A stretch of 47,813 nt of DNA, taken from the IMG/VR virus record IMGVR_UViG_3300031696_000011; one strand, given 5' to 3'. Shown here piece by piece: positions 8,696 through 17,897 of the stretch (positions are counted from its first letter, which is position 1; every line of letters begins with the position of its first letter). The DNA is from a virus. Made by a program: the position numbers and the translations under genes. The notes beneath the pieces are model-generated. The model ran no database searches and was not told where the DNA came from. It saw only the letters and a program-made list of their open reading frames with translations.

Positions 8696-11600
8696 CGCAA
8701 CTCCGGCACTTGCACTCGTGGCACTAGACCTTTCTTCGCATCGTTTAGCAACTGCTGTTGTTGGTATTCCTCTACCACACGCTGCATTTCGTCTCTGCCC
8801 TTTGTCGCTTCCAGAAAGTCGAGCACACGATTGTATCGCATCGGATTGTTTTCTGGGTCAGGCAATGTTGACGACGAGATATTCCGCAAGCTGTTCACAT
8901 TCTTCGCAACTTGAATAGGATTGTTACCTCCCATTCTCATCTGTTCTGCAATCGCCGCGTCTAGGTGTGCATTCGCTCCCTGTCCAGTTCGTGCATTCTT
9001 AAACGCTCGTGTCTGCGGGCTAAGCATCGGGTTGTTATCGCCCAGACCTAACTGTGTGCTGCTACCTTCAGTTCGGATCAACGCCTGTCGCACATCACGA
9101 CGCACGTCTTTCTGCCGCATCTCTTCTTCATGCAAGAAGTTATAGAACAACCTTCCCGATTGTGCGATGTCTTTGTAGACCTCAGCCACGAAGATTGTGT
9201 ATGCGTCATACGGTGCAGTCCCACGATCAATTGCTTCGCTTAGGTTTGCAATGTTCTTTGCAAGCCCGTCTTGCAACACAGTCTGCAACGGAAAGTCAAA
9301 CCCTCGCATCATGTCGCCTTCGCTGACAGAACTCATTGATGCAAGTATGTCGCTCATGATTCCGCCAGTTCCTGACAGTTGCATTAAGTGAACCAGCGTT
9401 TCTACCTTGTCACCCACCGTGGACATTTCCGGCGCCTCGATACTCAGCTCAATCTCTTCGGTCAACCCAGCAGCTTGATTGGCTTTGTTGTTCATGATCT
9501 CGCTAAGCTGATGAATCACTTCTCCACCCAGCACTGAACCAAGTGTGTAACCCATCAACCTCTTCCACGCGCCGGGTTGTGCACCGCCGCTTCCTTTCTT
9601 CAAACCTAGCGGAGCAATCACGTCTTTATAAATCGTGTTACTCTTCTCAATGCTCCAGCGAGCCAAGCCAAAGAATGGCTGACCTACACCACTCGCAGCC
9701 CAGCTAGGAATTCCCCGCTCATCATATGAGCCTTGTATCCGCTCAGTAAACGCAGCGCCCATTTCGCCTGACTCTTTCGGCAACAACGAACCACGCTGTT
9801 TGAAAGCGTCAATGTCAAACCCTGGCCCACCAAACTCTTTCAACCACTGAATAGCTTGTGCGTCACCGCCACGTGCTCGTCCAGCGTTTGCGTGTGCAAG
9901 CATCTCACCGTGCACGAATGTCAGTGCGCGCGAAAGTTGCTCACCTTTATTCCGTAGTTGAAATGTGCTAATCATGTTCGCGATGTTGGTGAACTTGTTT
10001 GTCAAGTTACTAACCGCGCTTGCCTGATACTCCCGCGACAACGCGCTGCTGCGATTCACACCGAACTCAAACGACTTACGCCATCCGCTGCTAAGACTAC
10101 CGATCGCCTTAATAAACAAGTGCGTATCTTGCAACCGCATATACGGCAAGCTGTTACTCCAACTCGACACAACGTCTCGCATCACCGACACTGGCCCAAG
10201 AAACGAAGCCACTGCCACACGATTCGCAGACATCACAACGTCATCAAACCCGCTGGTTTCACGAGTCAAATATCGCATCAAGTCTTTCACTTCCCGTGTG
10301 CCTTCGTATCGAGTTAGCCCCGAGGGATTATCAGTTCGTAGACCTTTCTGGTCTGGCAGATTTAACATCGACCTAACACGTGGGTTGTCTTGCAATGCTT
10401 TGAAGTATGCAAGATCATGCGCTGCACGACTACCGTATCGTGTCATGCTTGACATACCAGACTTGTCTACCATCTTCCACGGTAGTCCTAAACCTTGTGC
10501 CATACGCAACGCATTAAAGTGTTCGTGCGTGAACCCATCACGATTCACACCAAGCGCGATAAAGTAGTTGTCAACATCTTCCTGTGCCTTGCTAAGTGTG
10601 TAAGGCTCCTTCGTCTTTCTTCCAATAGCTTCACTACGCTTCACCCAGAACTCTGCAAGCTCTTCTTTCAGCTTTACTGTTTCAGCAGACCTCGGATTGT
10701 CGCGTATCTGTTTGCCTACTTCTACATCCAACATCGAGTTCTCATACTCTTTGTTAAATCCACCCTCACGAAAGTTCTCTCCGTCCTTAACCGTAAGTCC
10801 AGCTTCGTTCTGGAATTGTCGTGATTTCAAATACTGCGCCTCGACATGGTTCTCCATGATCGACAACTCAGTAGGCGTGAGTCTGATATCTGACTCCTCA
10901 CCTGTCCAACGCTTCTGCCGGAATTCACGAATCCTATCTAGCGCAGGTCCAAGCTCGCCACGTTTCAACGGCAAGTGTTCCATGTCATACACAACCACGT
11001 CCACTAGCTCGCCAGTATATCGCACTTGCAATCTCGCGCGTTCGCCAAACGCTTCACCAAGCTCTACGTTCTGCTTGCCTTTAACTTTGTCAACCATCGA
11101 CTCGAGCACTTCGAAGAATCCGAATTTCTGTTTTTCTGGCACGCCGTCTCTTGCAGCGTAACTCAACTTGCTACGTGAGCCTGCGTTAGCCCCAGTTGCC
11201 CAACCCGGCGCTTCACGATTCACACGTGACCCAAGTGAATACATGATGTTAGGGTTATCCAGTTTGGCAAACTCACCCTGCATCGCTCTGTCCGCAGCAC
11301 TCAGCTTAGGCGTAGGTTTACCCGCGTCATCTGGAGTAGCTGGCTTTGCTTCTTCAGTCTTTGCTCGCATCTTAGCGAACCCTGACTTGCTTTTAGCATC
11401 AGACGCTCGGGAGCCATCCTGAAACCGCATGTTAGATTTCCCCAACTCTTCCACGGTTGTGGGTATGCCTAGTTTTTTAGTGAGGCTGTCTATTGGAGAA
11501 TCGCCCACAGATTCCAATGCTCCAGTTTCCGGGTTCTCTGTTCTGGCTCTAGTATCTAAATCATCTATCTGACCTATGCCCACGCGCTTCCTATAGCTCT

Positions 11601-13968
11601 GTAAAGTCTCGCCTGCAATTGGTCTAGGTCCTTTGCTAGCCTCCCCTCCTATAATATTAACTCTTGATAGGTCATCGTAAAGACGAGCAGTATCAAGTCC
11701 ATGCCTTCCTAGAAGGTTCATAACCTCAGTAGCGGGCAATTCGTCTAACACACTTCTTACGCCGCCTAGTTCTGGCAATGATCGTGGAAGTCTGTTACCT
11801 CTGCCTGCATCTACTAGTTGACTTGACCTCTCTATAATAACAGATTCAATCCCACCACCACCTTGAAACTTTGCATCGCTGACCAAGATATTCTTCCCTG
11901 TCTGTGTCTGCAAATGCTCAAGCCCTTTGATAAAGTCACCGCGACTTTCGCGAATCTGCTCCGCGATAAACGCATCTGCGTCTGCTTGATTCTTCGCCGT
12001 GGCAATCAGATCACCGTTCTCTCGTATCTGGAATCCCTTGATTTCAACACGCTTACCTCCTTGAGCAACCACGTCTACGCCTTTGGTAACACTGTAGTCT
12101 TCGAACATTTTGTGCCGCACAATGTTACCATCGACAGTAAAGTGATCTAGAAATTTCGCACCCAATGCGCCACTAGGCACACGGTCAACGTCAATATGTG
12201 CAATCCGCATCTTGTTGTGATCGAACGCAGGATCATCCAACACCTTACGTGACAGCAAACGATTGATATCTTTGTCGCTGCCTTTACCGAATCGCACTTT
12301 CACATGCGACCAGAAGTCCTTTAGAAATTCAAGCGGCCCATCACCTTTCAACAAGTTGCTGGTTCCTTTTAGCCCAATACCTTCAACAAGAGCTTCTTCG
12401 CCGCCGAATGCTTTGATCCCTTGCTCGACAAGTTTGCGTTCGAATCGTGAACCACCCTCTTGCAAGTCACGCAAAAATACATGTGCAACCTCGTGCAACT
12501 CTGTGTCAGGACCGAAAAGCGGATGGTCAGGATCAATCAGTGCAAGACGTTCTCTAAGAAACGCTGCGCCCGTAGCATCTGTGCCTGTTGCTGCTTTCAC
12601 ATTACCTTCTAGCACAACTACTTCACGCTTAGCTGCAACCGCGACCATGAGATCACGAACAGTCATCGTCGATGCGCCGTCAAGATCCAAGCCTAGCGCG
12701 TCAAGCAATTTACGAATAGACTCGCTTTGCAGGTTCCCGCGTTCTTGAAAGCGAACACCGTCAACACCATCGCCATGTTGCCGACTAAGAAACTCTGCCT
12801 CAGTTTGTGCAACACTTGGATCTGCCACAGGCTGTCCTTCAACAGGCAATTTAGCACCAGTCTGTCCGCTAATCTTGTTCCATTCAGTAGCATCATCCAA
12901 CACACCTCTTGGAACTCCCGGAGGCGCAGTTTCATTTGTCTCAACTTCAAATGCTTTTTGCTCAAACGTCAACTCTTTATCTCGCACAGGTTCTTTTCTT
13001 CCGAACCTGTTGAACTTCGGTTTCGCATCTCCAGCGTTTCCTTCAAGAGCCTCAGCATTACCACGCACACCTGCCGCGTCAGCTTCTGCTTGCTCGAATG
13101 CTTTCTGTCTAACAGCACTCTCTTCTGCTCGCACAGCTTCGTCCAGTTTAACTTTCTGAGCATTCTTTACCATCGTAACAAGCTGTTCTCTGTGCTCCGC
13201 GTCTCTAGGAACAACCACTTCACCATCCGCCATAGTCACTGGCTCAAACGGTGTAGGCTTTGCTTGCACACGAACCTTCGATGGATCACCAAGCGTGGGG
13301 AATCCCATCTTCTTGCCAATCGCTGTCGGTGTGGTCATTAGTCCACCACCTAGTGTCGCGGCAAGAACACGTTTCGCATCCACGCCTTCACCTAATGTTG
13401 CTCCAAATCCTGCTTCAAATGTGCCACCAAGCGCAGCACTCACGCCCATGTTTGTCAGATGTGCTTTTTCAGTGTTCAACAACTTACGTCCACCTCGCAA
13501 CTTTCCTGCCACGCCCGTGAATGCCGATTTGATACCGCTCGGTGAAGGCCGCAACGCAAGTGCCGATGGCAAAATCTCACCCACAACCTGCCCGACTGGA
13601 TGCGCTGCACGATCCGCTAGCATCTGTCTGATCTCATCTTCTGTCAACGGATCAATCTTATCCTGCGCCATGCCCAGACCAACACCTGACGCAATAGCTG
13701 CGGCAATAACTGGTATCGTGCCTACGCCAGATGCGAGCGCAACACCTGTCACAGCAAGACTTCCTATCGAAGGAATCGCAGAACGCAATGCGCTACGTTT
13801 TATCGTGCCACCCAGTGTCGACTCCAATGGAGCTTCAACAACAGGCTTGATGATCTTACGCTTGACAGGTAGTGATTGCTTCCACACAGTTCCGTCAGGT
13901 CGGATTGTGTGATACTGGGGATCAAACCCCATTTCTTTTAGTCGTGTAATTTCTCCGGGAACAGGCAT
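8692..13968 (-). CDS. Giant internal virion/ejection protein (1758 aa) with an HExxH zincin motif and Gly/Ala-rich hydrophobic N-terminal segments
   Basis: Last gene of the late operon. HEVAH lies at residues 492-496 (nt 12481-12495). Residues ~60-100 and ~170-215 are hydrophobic and G/A-rich. Confidence 0.7.
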   Translation of the reverse strand: MPVPGEITRLKEMGFDPQYHTIRPDGTVWKQSLPVKRKIIKPVVEAPLESTLGGTIKRSALRSAIPSIGSLAVTGVALASGVGTIPVIAAAIASGVGLGMAQDKIDPLTEDEIRQMLADRAAHPVGQVVGEILPSALALRPSPSGIKSAFTGVAGKLRGGRKLLNTEKAHLTNMGVSAALGGTFEAGFGATLGEGVDAKRVLAATLGGGLMTTPTAIGKKMGFPTLGDPSKVRVQAKPTPFEPVTMADGEVVVPRDAEHREQLVTMVKNAQKVKLDEAVRAEESAVRQKAFEQAEADAAGVRGNAEALEGNAGDAKPKFNRFGRKEPVRDKELTFEQKAFEVETNETAPPGVPRGVLDDATEWNKISGQTGAKLPVEGQPVADPSVAQTEAEFLSRQHGDGVDGVRFQERGNLQSESIRKLLDALGLDLDGASTMTVRDLMVAVAAKREVVVLEGNVKAATGTDATGAAFLRERLALIDPDHPLFGPDTELHEVAHVFLRDLQEGGSRFERKLVEQGIKAFGGEEALVEGIGLKGTSNLLKGDGPLEFLKDFWSHVKVRFGKGSDKDINRLLSRKVLDDPAFDHNKMRIAHIDVDRVPSGALGAKFLDHFTVDGNIVRHKMFEDYSVTKGVDVVAQGGKRVEIKGFQIRENGDLIATAKNQADADAFIAEQIRESRGDFIKGLEHLQTQTGKNILVSDAKFQGGGGIESVIIERSSQLVDAGRGNRLPRSLPELGGVRSVLDELPATEVMNLLGRHGLDTARLYDDLSRVNIIGGEASKGPRPIAGETLQSYRKRVGIGQIDDLDTRARTENPETGALESVGDSPIDSLTKKLGIPTTVEELGKSNMRFQDGSRASDAKSKSGFAKMRAKTEEAKPATPDDAGKPTPKLSAADRAMQGEFAKLDNPNIMYSLGSRVNREAPGWATGANAGSRSKLSYAARDGVPEKQKFGFFEVLESMVDKVKGKQNVELGEAFGERARLQVRYTGELVDVVVYDMEHLPLKRGELGPALDRIREFRQKRWTGEESDIRLTPTELSIMENHVEAQYLKSRQFQNEAGLTVKDGENFREGGFNKEYENSMLDVEVGKQIRDNPRSAETVKLKEELAEFWVKRSEAIGRKTKEPYTLSKAQEDVDNYFIALGVNRDGFTHEHFNALRMAQGLGLPWKMVDKSGMSSMTRYGSRAAHDLAYFKALQDNPRVRSMLNLPDQKGLRTDNPSGLTRYEGTREVKDLMRYLTRETSGFDDVVMSANRVAVASFLGPVSVMRDVVSSWSNSLPYMRLQDTHLFIKAIGSLSSGWRKSFEFGVNRSSALSREYQASAVSNLTNKFTNIANMISTFQLRNKGEQLSRALTFVHGEMLAHANAGRARGGDAQAIQWLKEFGGPGFDIDAFKQRGSLLPKESGEMGAAFTERIQGSYDERGIPSWAASGVGQPFFGLARWSIEKSNTIYKDVIAPLGLKKGSGGAQPGAWKRLMGYTLGSVLGGEVIHQLSEIMNNKANQAAGLTEEIELSIEAPEMSTVGDKVETLVHLMQLSGTGGIMSDILASMSSVSEGDMMRGFDFPLQTVLQDGLAKNIANLSEAIDRGTAPYDAYTIFVAEVYKDIAQSGRLFYNFLHEEEMRQKDVRRDVRQALIRTEGSSTQLGLGDNNPMLSPQTRAFKNARTGQGANAHLDAAIAEQMRMGGNNPIQVAKNVNSLRNISSSTLPDPENNPMRYNRVLDFLEATKGRDEMQRVVEEYQQQQLLNDAKKGLVPRVQVPELR

Positions 13969-13972
13969 AATG

Positions 13973-16129
13973 TTAAATGAAGAATTTTGTCAGCAAGTTC
14001 ATGAAGTTTTTACCTCCATCACCAGAAGAAGAAGCATCGAGTTGTGCTTTGCTTCCAAGCTTGTCTTTGAGTTTACGTTGTGCTGCTGCTTTGACCATTC
14101 CGTCTCCGCCAGCATTTGCTGCAGCACCGCCTTGTATAAGTTTGCTAAGCATACCAGAAGGCTCACCGCCACCACCACCTAGACCACTCAGCATACTACC
14201 TATCGCAGCCTTAAATTTCTCTTGCCCTAGCTCTTTAACAGAACCAGCATTCACAACCTGCCCAAATAGTCCATCGCTATCAACAGCACTCTTCGCAGCA
14301 TCTTGACCCATAGCTTTAACAGACCCAGCTTGCATAAGCTTTTGAAGCAAACCAGCAGGTTCCGCACTTGCCGAATCGGGAGCTGTGGGCACGGGGACTA
14401 CCTGCACACCACTGTCCCGCGGTTCCAATCCCCCGCCGCGAATGATGGCAGGCTGACCAGTAGGTAAAGGCCCCGGCACCATTGCAGGACTACGAGAAGG
14501 CGGGATAGGCTGGGAAGGTAGCGTAGCAGGTGTGGGAATTGCAGGAATAGGAATAACCTTCCGCTCTCTAGCAGGTGCAACGAATGGGGGCGGTGCAACG
14601 AATGTGGGCGTTGTAGCACTTTTTCCAATCTGTGACTCTATCGCTTTAATCTCAGCTTCGACTGCTAGACTTTGTTGCATAAGCCCGTCGATTCTCTGGC
14701 CTTCATTCCTAATCTGCACCGGATGATTAGGGTCTGGAGCATAACCAGGTAAAAACGATAACGGATTAAAGATTGTAGGTTCTGGGCCAGGTTTACGTTT
14801 TGCTTCAGCACCAAGCTCTTTAGATTTCTCCTTGAGCTCACGTAGCTTAGCATCTAGTTTTACTCTGGTTTGTTTACGCACAACTTCTTCGTGCTTATTT
14901 TGCGCTTTGAAAACATCATTTAGCCGTGGCGAAGGTGAAGTTTCGCCAACCACACTTCGCGGATCAGCACCCGGCACACCACCTCCAGCATCCGGTGAGC
15001 CCGGAATCGGCACTCGTGGTTTGTCTTGCCTGTTGTAAAAAACTGTAAATGGATCTTGCGCTTCCACAACTTCCGTTGTGAGATTACCCTCAGAGTCTGT
15101 CACAGTAGTGGTTGACGGATTCACCCCAGGACGAGTGACAACTTGGCTACCAAAAATTTTACCTGCATTAAGATCAGGGTTGACGGTTAGGATATTTTCA
15201 CCAAGTGCGTCTGACGTGTTGCGATTAACATCGTTTCTGTATGAGTTGTGCTCCTCATCTTCGTTCTCTGTCGTCTGTTTTATACGCGTCCCAGTCAGGT
15301 TCTGCGTTCTAGTAGACGCCCGATTCAAGTCGTTCACAACTCCCGCCGCATTGTGTTTCTCAATTACACTATCTTCATACGCTTTTTTTCCTTCGGGCGA
15401 ATTAAGCACTCCAACTTCAGCACTGTCCTTCAGGGCTGATATCATCTTAGGCCCAAGCTCATTCATTTTGTTAAACTGCCTGCCAGAATTTTCCAGGTCC
15501 TTTAGCTCCATCGACTCCACGACACCAACAGCAGCTTTTAGACTAATCCCCTTATCAGTTCGAAGCTTTCTTATAGCCAAAGCACGACCTGTAGCCATGT
15601 TAACTATGCTATCAGCTTCTTTTGCTTCTTTGATTTTTTCCGCGCGTATTGCTTTCTCTATATCACGCTTGTCTTTGAGCTGTTTCTTTTTCTCTTTAGT
15701 AGTATTCTCTCCAGCAGTTTTTGCAAGCTTTGCATTAAGATTTGTAAGCCTCCTGTCACTTTTCGCGAGCTGTCTATTTGTCTCACGACGATTGTCCGTG
15801 GCAAGATCGATGTTATTGACAGCATTAGTCTGTGCCAGCTTCGCAGCAGCTAGCCGTCGCGTTTGCAATTTGTTAGCTACTTTCTCAGCTTTATCATCCG
15901 AGAGTTTATTCAGCTGCATGCTACTTCGCAAATTTCTCGCATTCGCACCTGCGCTACCAAGCGAGAAGAAATTCTTCATCTTGCTAGGTTGCTCAACGAC
16001 AAGCTTGCCGTCCACGATACGCGTTTTTGGTGTAGCCAAAGAGTTCATTAGCAACTGGCGCATAGCACCATTCGCTGAACCTGCTCCGCTTCCACTACCC
16101 TTTGCTGGTCGTCTTGGTCTTCCTGCCAT
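13973..16129 (-). CDS. Internal virion protein, ~718 aa, Lys-rich coiled coil, Pro-rich middle, Gly-rich repeated C-terminus
   Basis: Long ORF upstream of the giant protein. The ATG at 16129 lies just past the upstream stop; the alternative ATG at 16147 overlaps the upstream gene by 17 nt. Compositionally biased. Confidence 0.65.
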   Translation of the reverse strand: MAGRPRRPAKGSGSGAGSANGAMRQLLMNSLATPKTRIVDGKLVVEQPSKMKNFFSLGSAGANARNLRSSMQLNKLSDDKAEKVANKLQTRRLAAAKLAQTNAVNNIDLATDNRRETNRQLAKSDRRLTNLNAKLAKTAGENTTKEKKKQLKDKRDIEKAIRAEKIKEAKEADSIVNMATGRALAIRKLRTDKGISLKAAVGVVESMELKDLENSGRQFNKMNELGPKMISALKDSAEVGVLNSPEGKKAYEDSVIEKHNAAGVVNDLNRASTRTQNLTGTRIKQTTENEDEEHNSYRNDVNRNTSDALGENILTVNPDLNAGKIFGSQVVTRPGVNPSTTTVTDSEGNLTTEVVEAQDPFTVFYNRQDKPRVPIPGSPDAGGGVPGADPRSVVGETSPSPRLNDVFKAQNKHEEVVRKQTRVKLDAKLRELKEKSKELGAEAKRKPGPEPTIFNPLSFLPGYAPDPNHPVQIRNEGQRIDGLMQQSLAVEAEIKAIESQIGKSATTPTFVAPPPFVAPARERKVIPIPAIPTPATLPSQPIPPSRSPAMVPGPLPTGQPAIIRGGGLEPRDSGVQVVPVPTAPDSASAEPAGLLQKLMQAGSVKAMGQDAAKSAVDSDGLFGQVVNAGSVKELGQEKFKAAIGSMLSGLGGGGGEPSGMLSKLIQGGAAANAGGDGMVKAAAQRKLKDKLGSKAQLDASSSGDGGKNFMNLLTKFFI

Positions 16130-16130
16130 A

Positions 16131-16568
16131 TTAATTCCTGTGTGCAACAGCGCGTGCTTCGCTGCTAATTTCTCTTACAAAGTTATATCCTGCGACGATT
16201 CGCAAGACGGTTAAAATCATATCATACCCTGCATGCCGTAACACATCTGCGTGTTCGCGCTTCCATCGTGTTCCGCCTTGTTCCCATTCAACACTATCTG
16301 CATACGTGTTAACAATGATAAGAAACACCGGCGCCAAAGTCTCTTTGTGCTGTTGATAAAATGCTGACGAGAACACTCGTTCCGCGCGGATGAAGCTTTT
16401 GAGAAACGTTTCATTCTTCGCTCTAAGTATATCGTCTGTGTCTGTTCCGCGAATCGGCTCGTCGATAACGTCATCAATGTCGTGCACAAACGCTGTCCAC
16501 TCAAGCACAAACGCTTTCGCATCTGGGAATTCATTAAGCTTCGCATCGACTTTTTCTTTCCAGCTCAT
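16131..16568 (-). CDS. Hypothetical virion-module protein, 145 aa
   Basis: ATGA overlap with the upstream gene. Predicted helical. No known motif apart from an Asp-rich DIDDVIDE stretch. Confidence 0.55.
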   Translation of the reverse strand: MSWKEKVDAKLNEFPDAKAFVLEWTAFVHDIDDVIDEPIRGTDTDDILRAKNETFLKSFIRAERVFSSAFYQQHKETLAPVFLIIVNTYADSVEWEQGGTRWKREHADVLRHAGYDMILTVLRIVAGYNFVREISSEARAVAHRN

Positions 16569-17524
16569 AACGATCCGATACTACCTGCAACGGAGCTAAC
16601 AGCGCCGAGTCCTACATCCAAACCGCTGCGCCTGTTCGCATTGATGTTCGCAGAGTTTTGTGCGATCTGCTGGTTCCCACTGTTCATCGCCGAACCTGAC
16701 TGAAATATTTGCGACGGATCAGATTCGCGCGACTTAAATTGTCCAGCACCTTGATTGTTCGTGCTCGGTCTACCGGTCGCAACTTGAAACGGATCAACCC
16801 CACTACGGCTGGAGTTCATAAACGACGACGCAGTATTCAACACTTCGTTCATCTCAGTCCTGCTCTGCGCCTCACGCTGCTGTTGTGCGCCACCAAATGT
16901 CATCGCACTACCCACAGCCTCAGAACTAGACGGTGCATTCTGCGTCCCACGTTGTGTGTCCTGTGCTGCAAGACCACGCTCAATCTCAGCACGCTCACCG
17001 CCTGAAAGATCTCCACTCGCACCAATCTCACCGAACAGATTGAGCAAATTCTCTAGTCCTGCTTCACGTGCCTGAAAGAGTTCAGGATCATTTTCACGCC
17101 GCAGTTCACGTGCAGCTCTGACCAAATCAGTGCCAGGTCCTTGCAACACATCAAGCTCACCCTCAGCTTGTGCAATCGCGTTCTGGTTAATGATCTTCTG
17201 TCCCGCGGCGTTAAATCGCGGCGTGAACTCTTCGAAGTTTTTAAGGTTCGCTTCGTTAAACTGCGGCGTGAAATTCTTCGTGACATCAAGTAACGCCTGT
17301 TCCAGGTTCGGAATCTCTGCAAGCTGCACACCAATATAGTCAGAAAAGTTGTCGATGAACGCACGATTAACTGAGCTTGCCGATTCTTGCACAGTCGGCG
17401 CAGGTGGGTCGCCATTGACAGCATCGTCCACGATACCATTCGGTGACAGCTCTTGCTTCGTTTCGTAAACCATCGAATGCGCCATCATCGTGGCGACACT
17501 TGCATTAAATTCAATATCGTTCAT
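16565..17524 (-). CDS. Putative internal virion protein, 319 aa (Gln/Asn/Ser/Gly-rich)
   Basis: ORF in the late operon between tail and ejection genes, with a low-complexity C-terminal half. Confidence 0.55.
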   Translation of the reverse strand: MNDIEFNASVATMMAHSMVYETKQELSPNGIVDDAVNGDPPAPTVQESASSVNRAFIDNFSDYIGVQLAEIPNLEQALLDVTKNFTPQFNEANLKNFEEFTPRFNAAGQKIINQNAIAQAEGELDVLQGPGTDLVRAARELRRENDPELFQAREAGLENLLNLFGEIGASGDLSGGERAEIERGLAAQDTQRGTQNAPSSSEAVGSAMTFGGAQQQREAQSRTEMNEVLNTASSFMNSSRSGVDPFQVATGRPSTNNQGAGQFKSRESDPSQIFQSGSAMNSGNQQIAQNSANINANRRSGLDVGLGAVSSVAGSIGSL

Positions 17525-17531
17525 GATATAC

Positions 17532-17897
17532 CTAAGTAACCTTGCCTAATCGTGCGACTAATTTAGCCGAATAAAGTTTAAGTTTCCCATCGCGGGTGCC
17601 TGTGATCGTTGTTTCGTTGTTGAACATTTGGTAAAACTTCTTCATCAACACCTGAATCACAACCCGACTCGGTGCATCGCTATGTGCAAGCACATTCGAT
17701 ATGTGCAAGTTGTTTGTGTCTTTATCATACTTACCAAAAATCACACCAACGAGTTTATCACCGTCTAGCATCGTTGCCATTCCGTCGTTCTGACTAGATA
17801 CTAACACATGTTGCACAACCTGAAGCTGTGTCCAATCTTTGAATGCACCGTCACGTCTATGCTCTAGGACAAACTTCGCTATGCCAAACACGGTCAT
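17532..17897 (-). CDS. Hypothetical protein, 121 aa (weak GNAT-like beta-strand pattern)
   Basis: ATGA overlap with the upstream gene. GDKLVGVIFGKYDKD...LHISNVL only loosely resembles acetyltransferase cores. Confidence 0.45.
   Translation of the reverse strand: MTVFGIAKFVLEHRRDGAFKDWTQLQVVQHVLVSSQNDGMATMLDGDKLVGVIFGKYDKDTNNLHISNVLAHSDAPSRVVIQVLMKKFYQMFNNETTITGTRDGKLKLYSAKLVARLGKVT

Noticed and set aside
8685-8700. Convergent gene ends (8695 plus strand, 8692 minus strand) as a bidirectional terminator
   Set aside because: The stop codons overlap by 4 nt, but no hairpin or T/A tract is visible in the flanking 60 nt.
12263-13912. Several 160-205-aa plus-strand ORFs inside the giant minus-strand gene
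   Set aside because: They are Ser/Pro/Leu-rich shadows of a continuous 1758-codon ORF, and no independent start context is visible.
15078-16214. 378-aa plus-strand ORF antisense to the 724-aa internal virion protein gene
   Set aside because: It has Ser/Phe/Leu-rich low-complexity composition and lies entirely within a better minus-strand gene in an otherwise all-minus operon. This is a typical shadow ORF.
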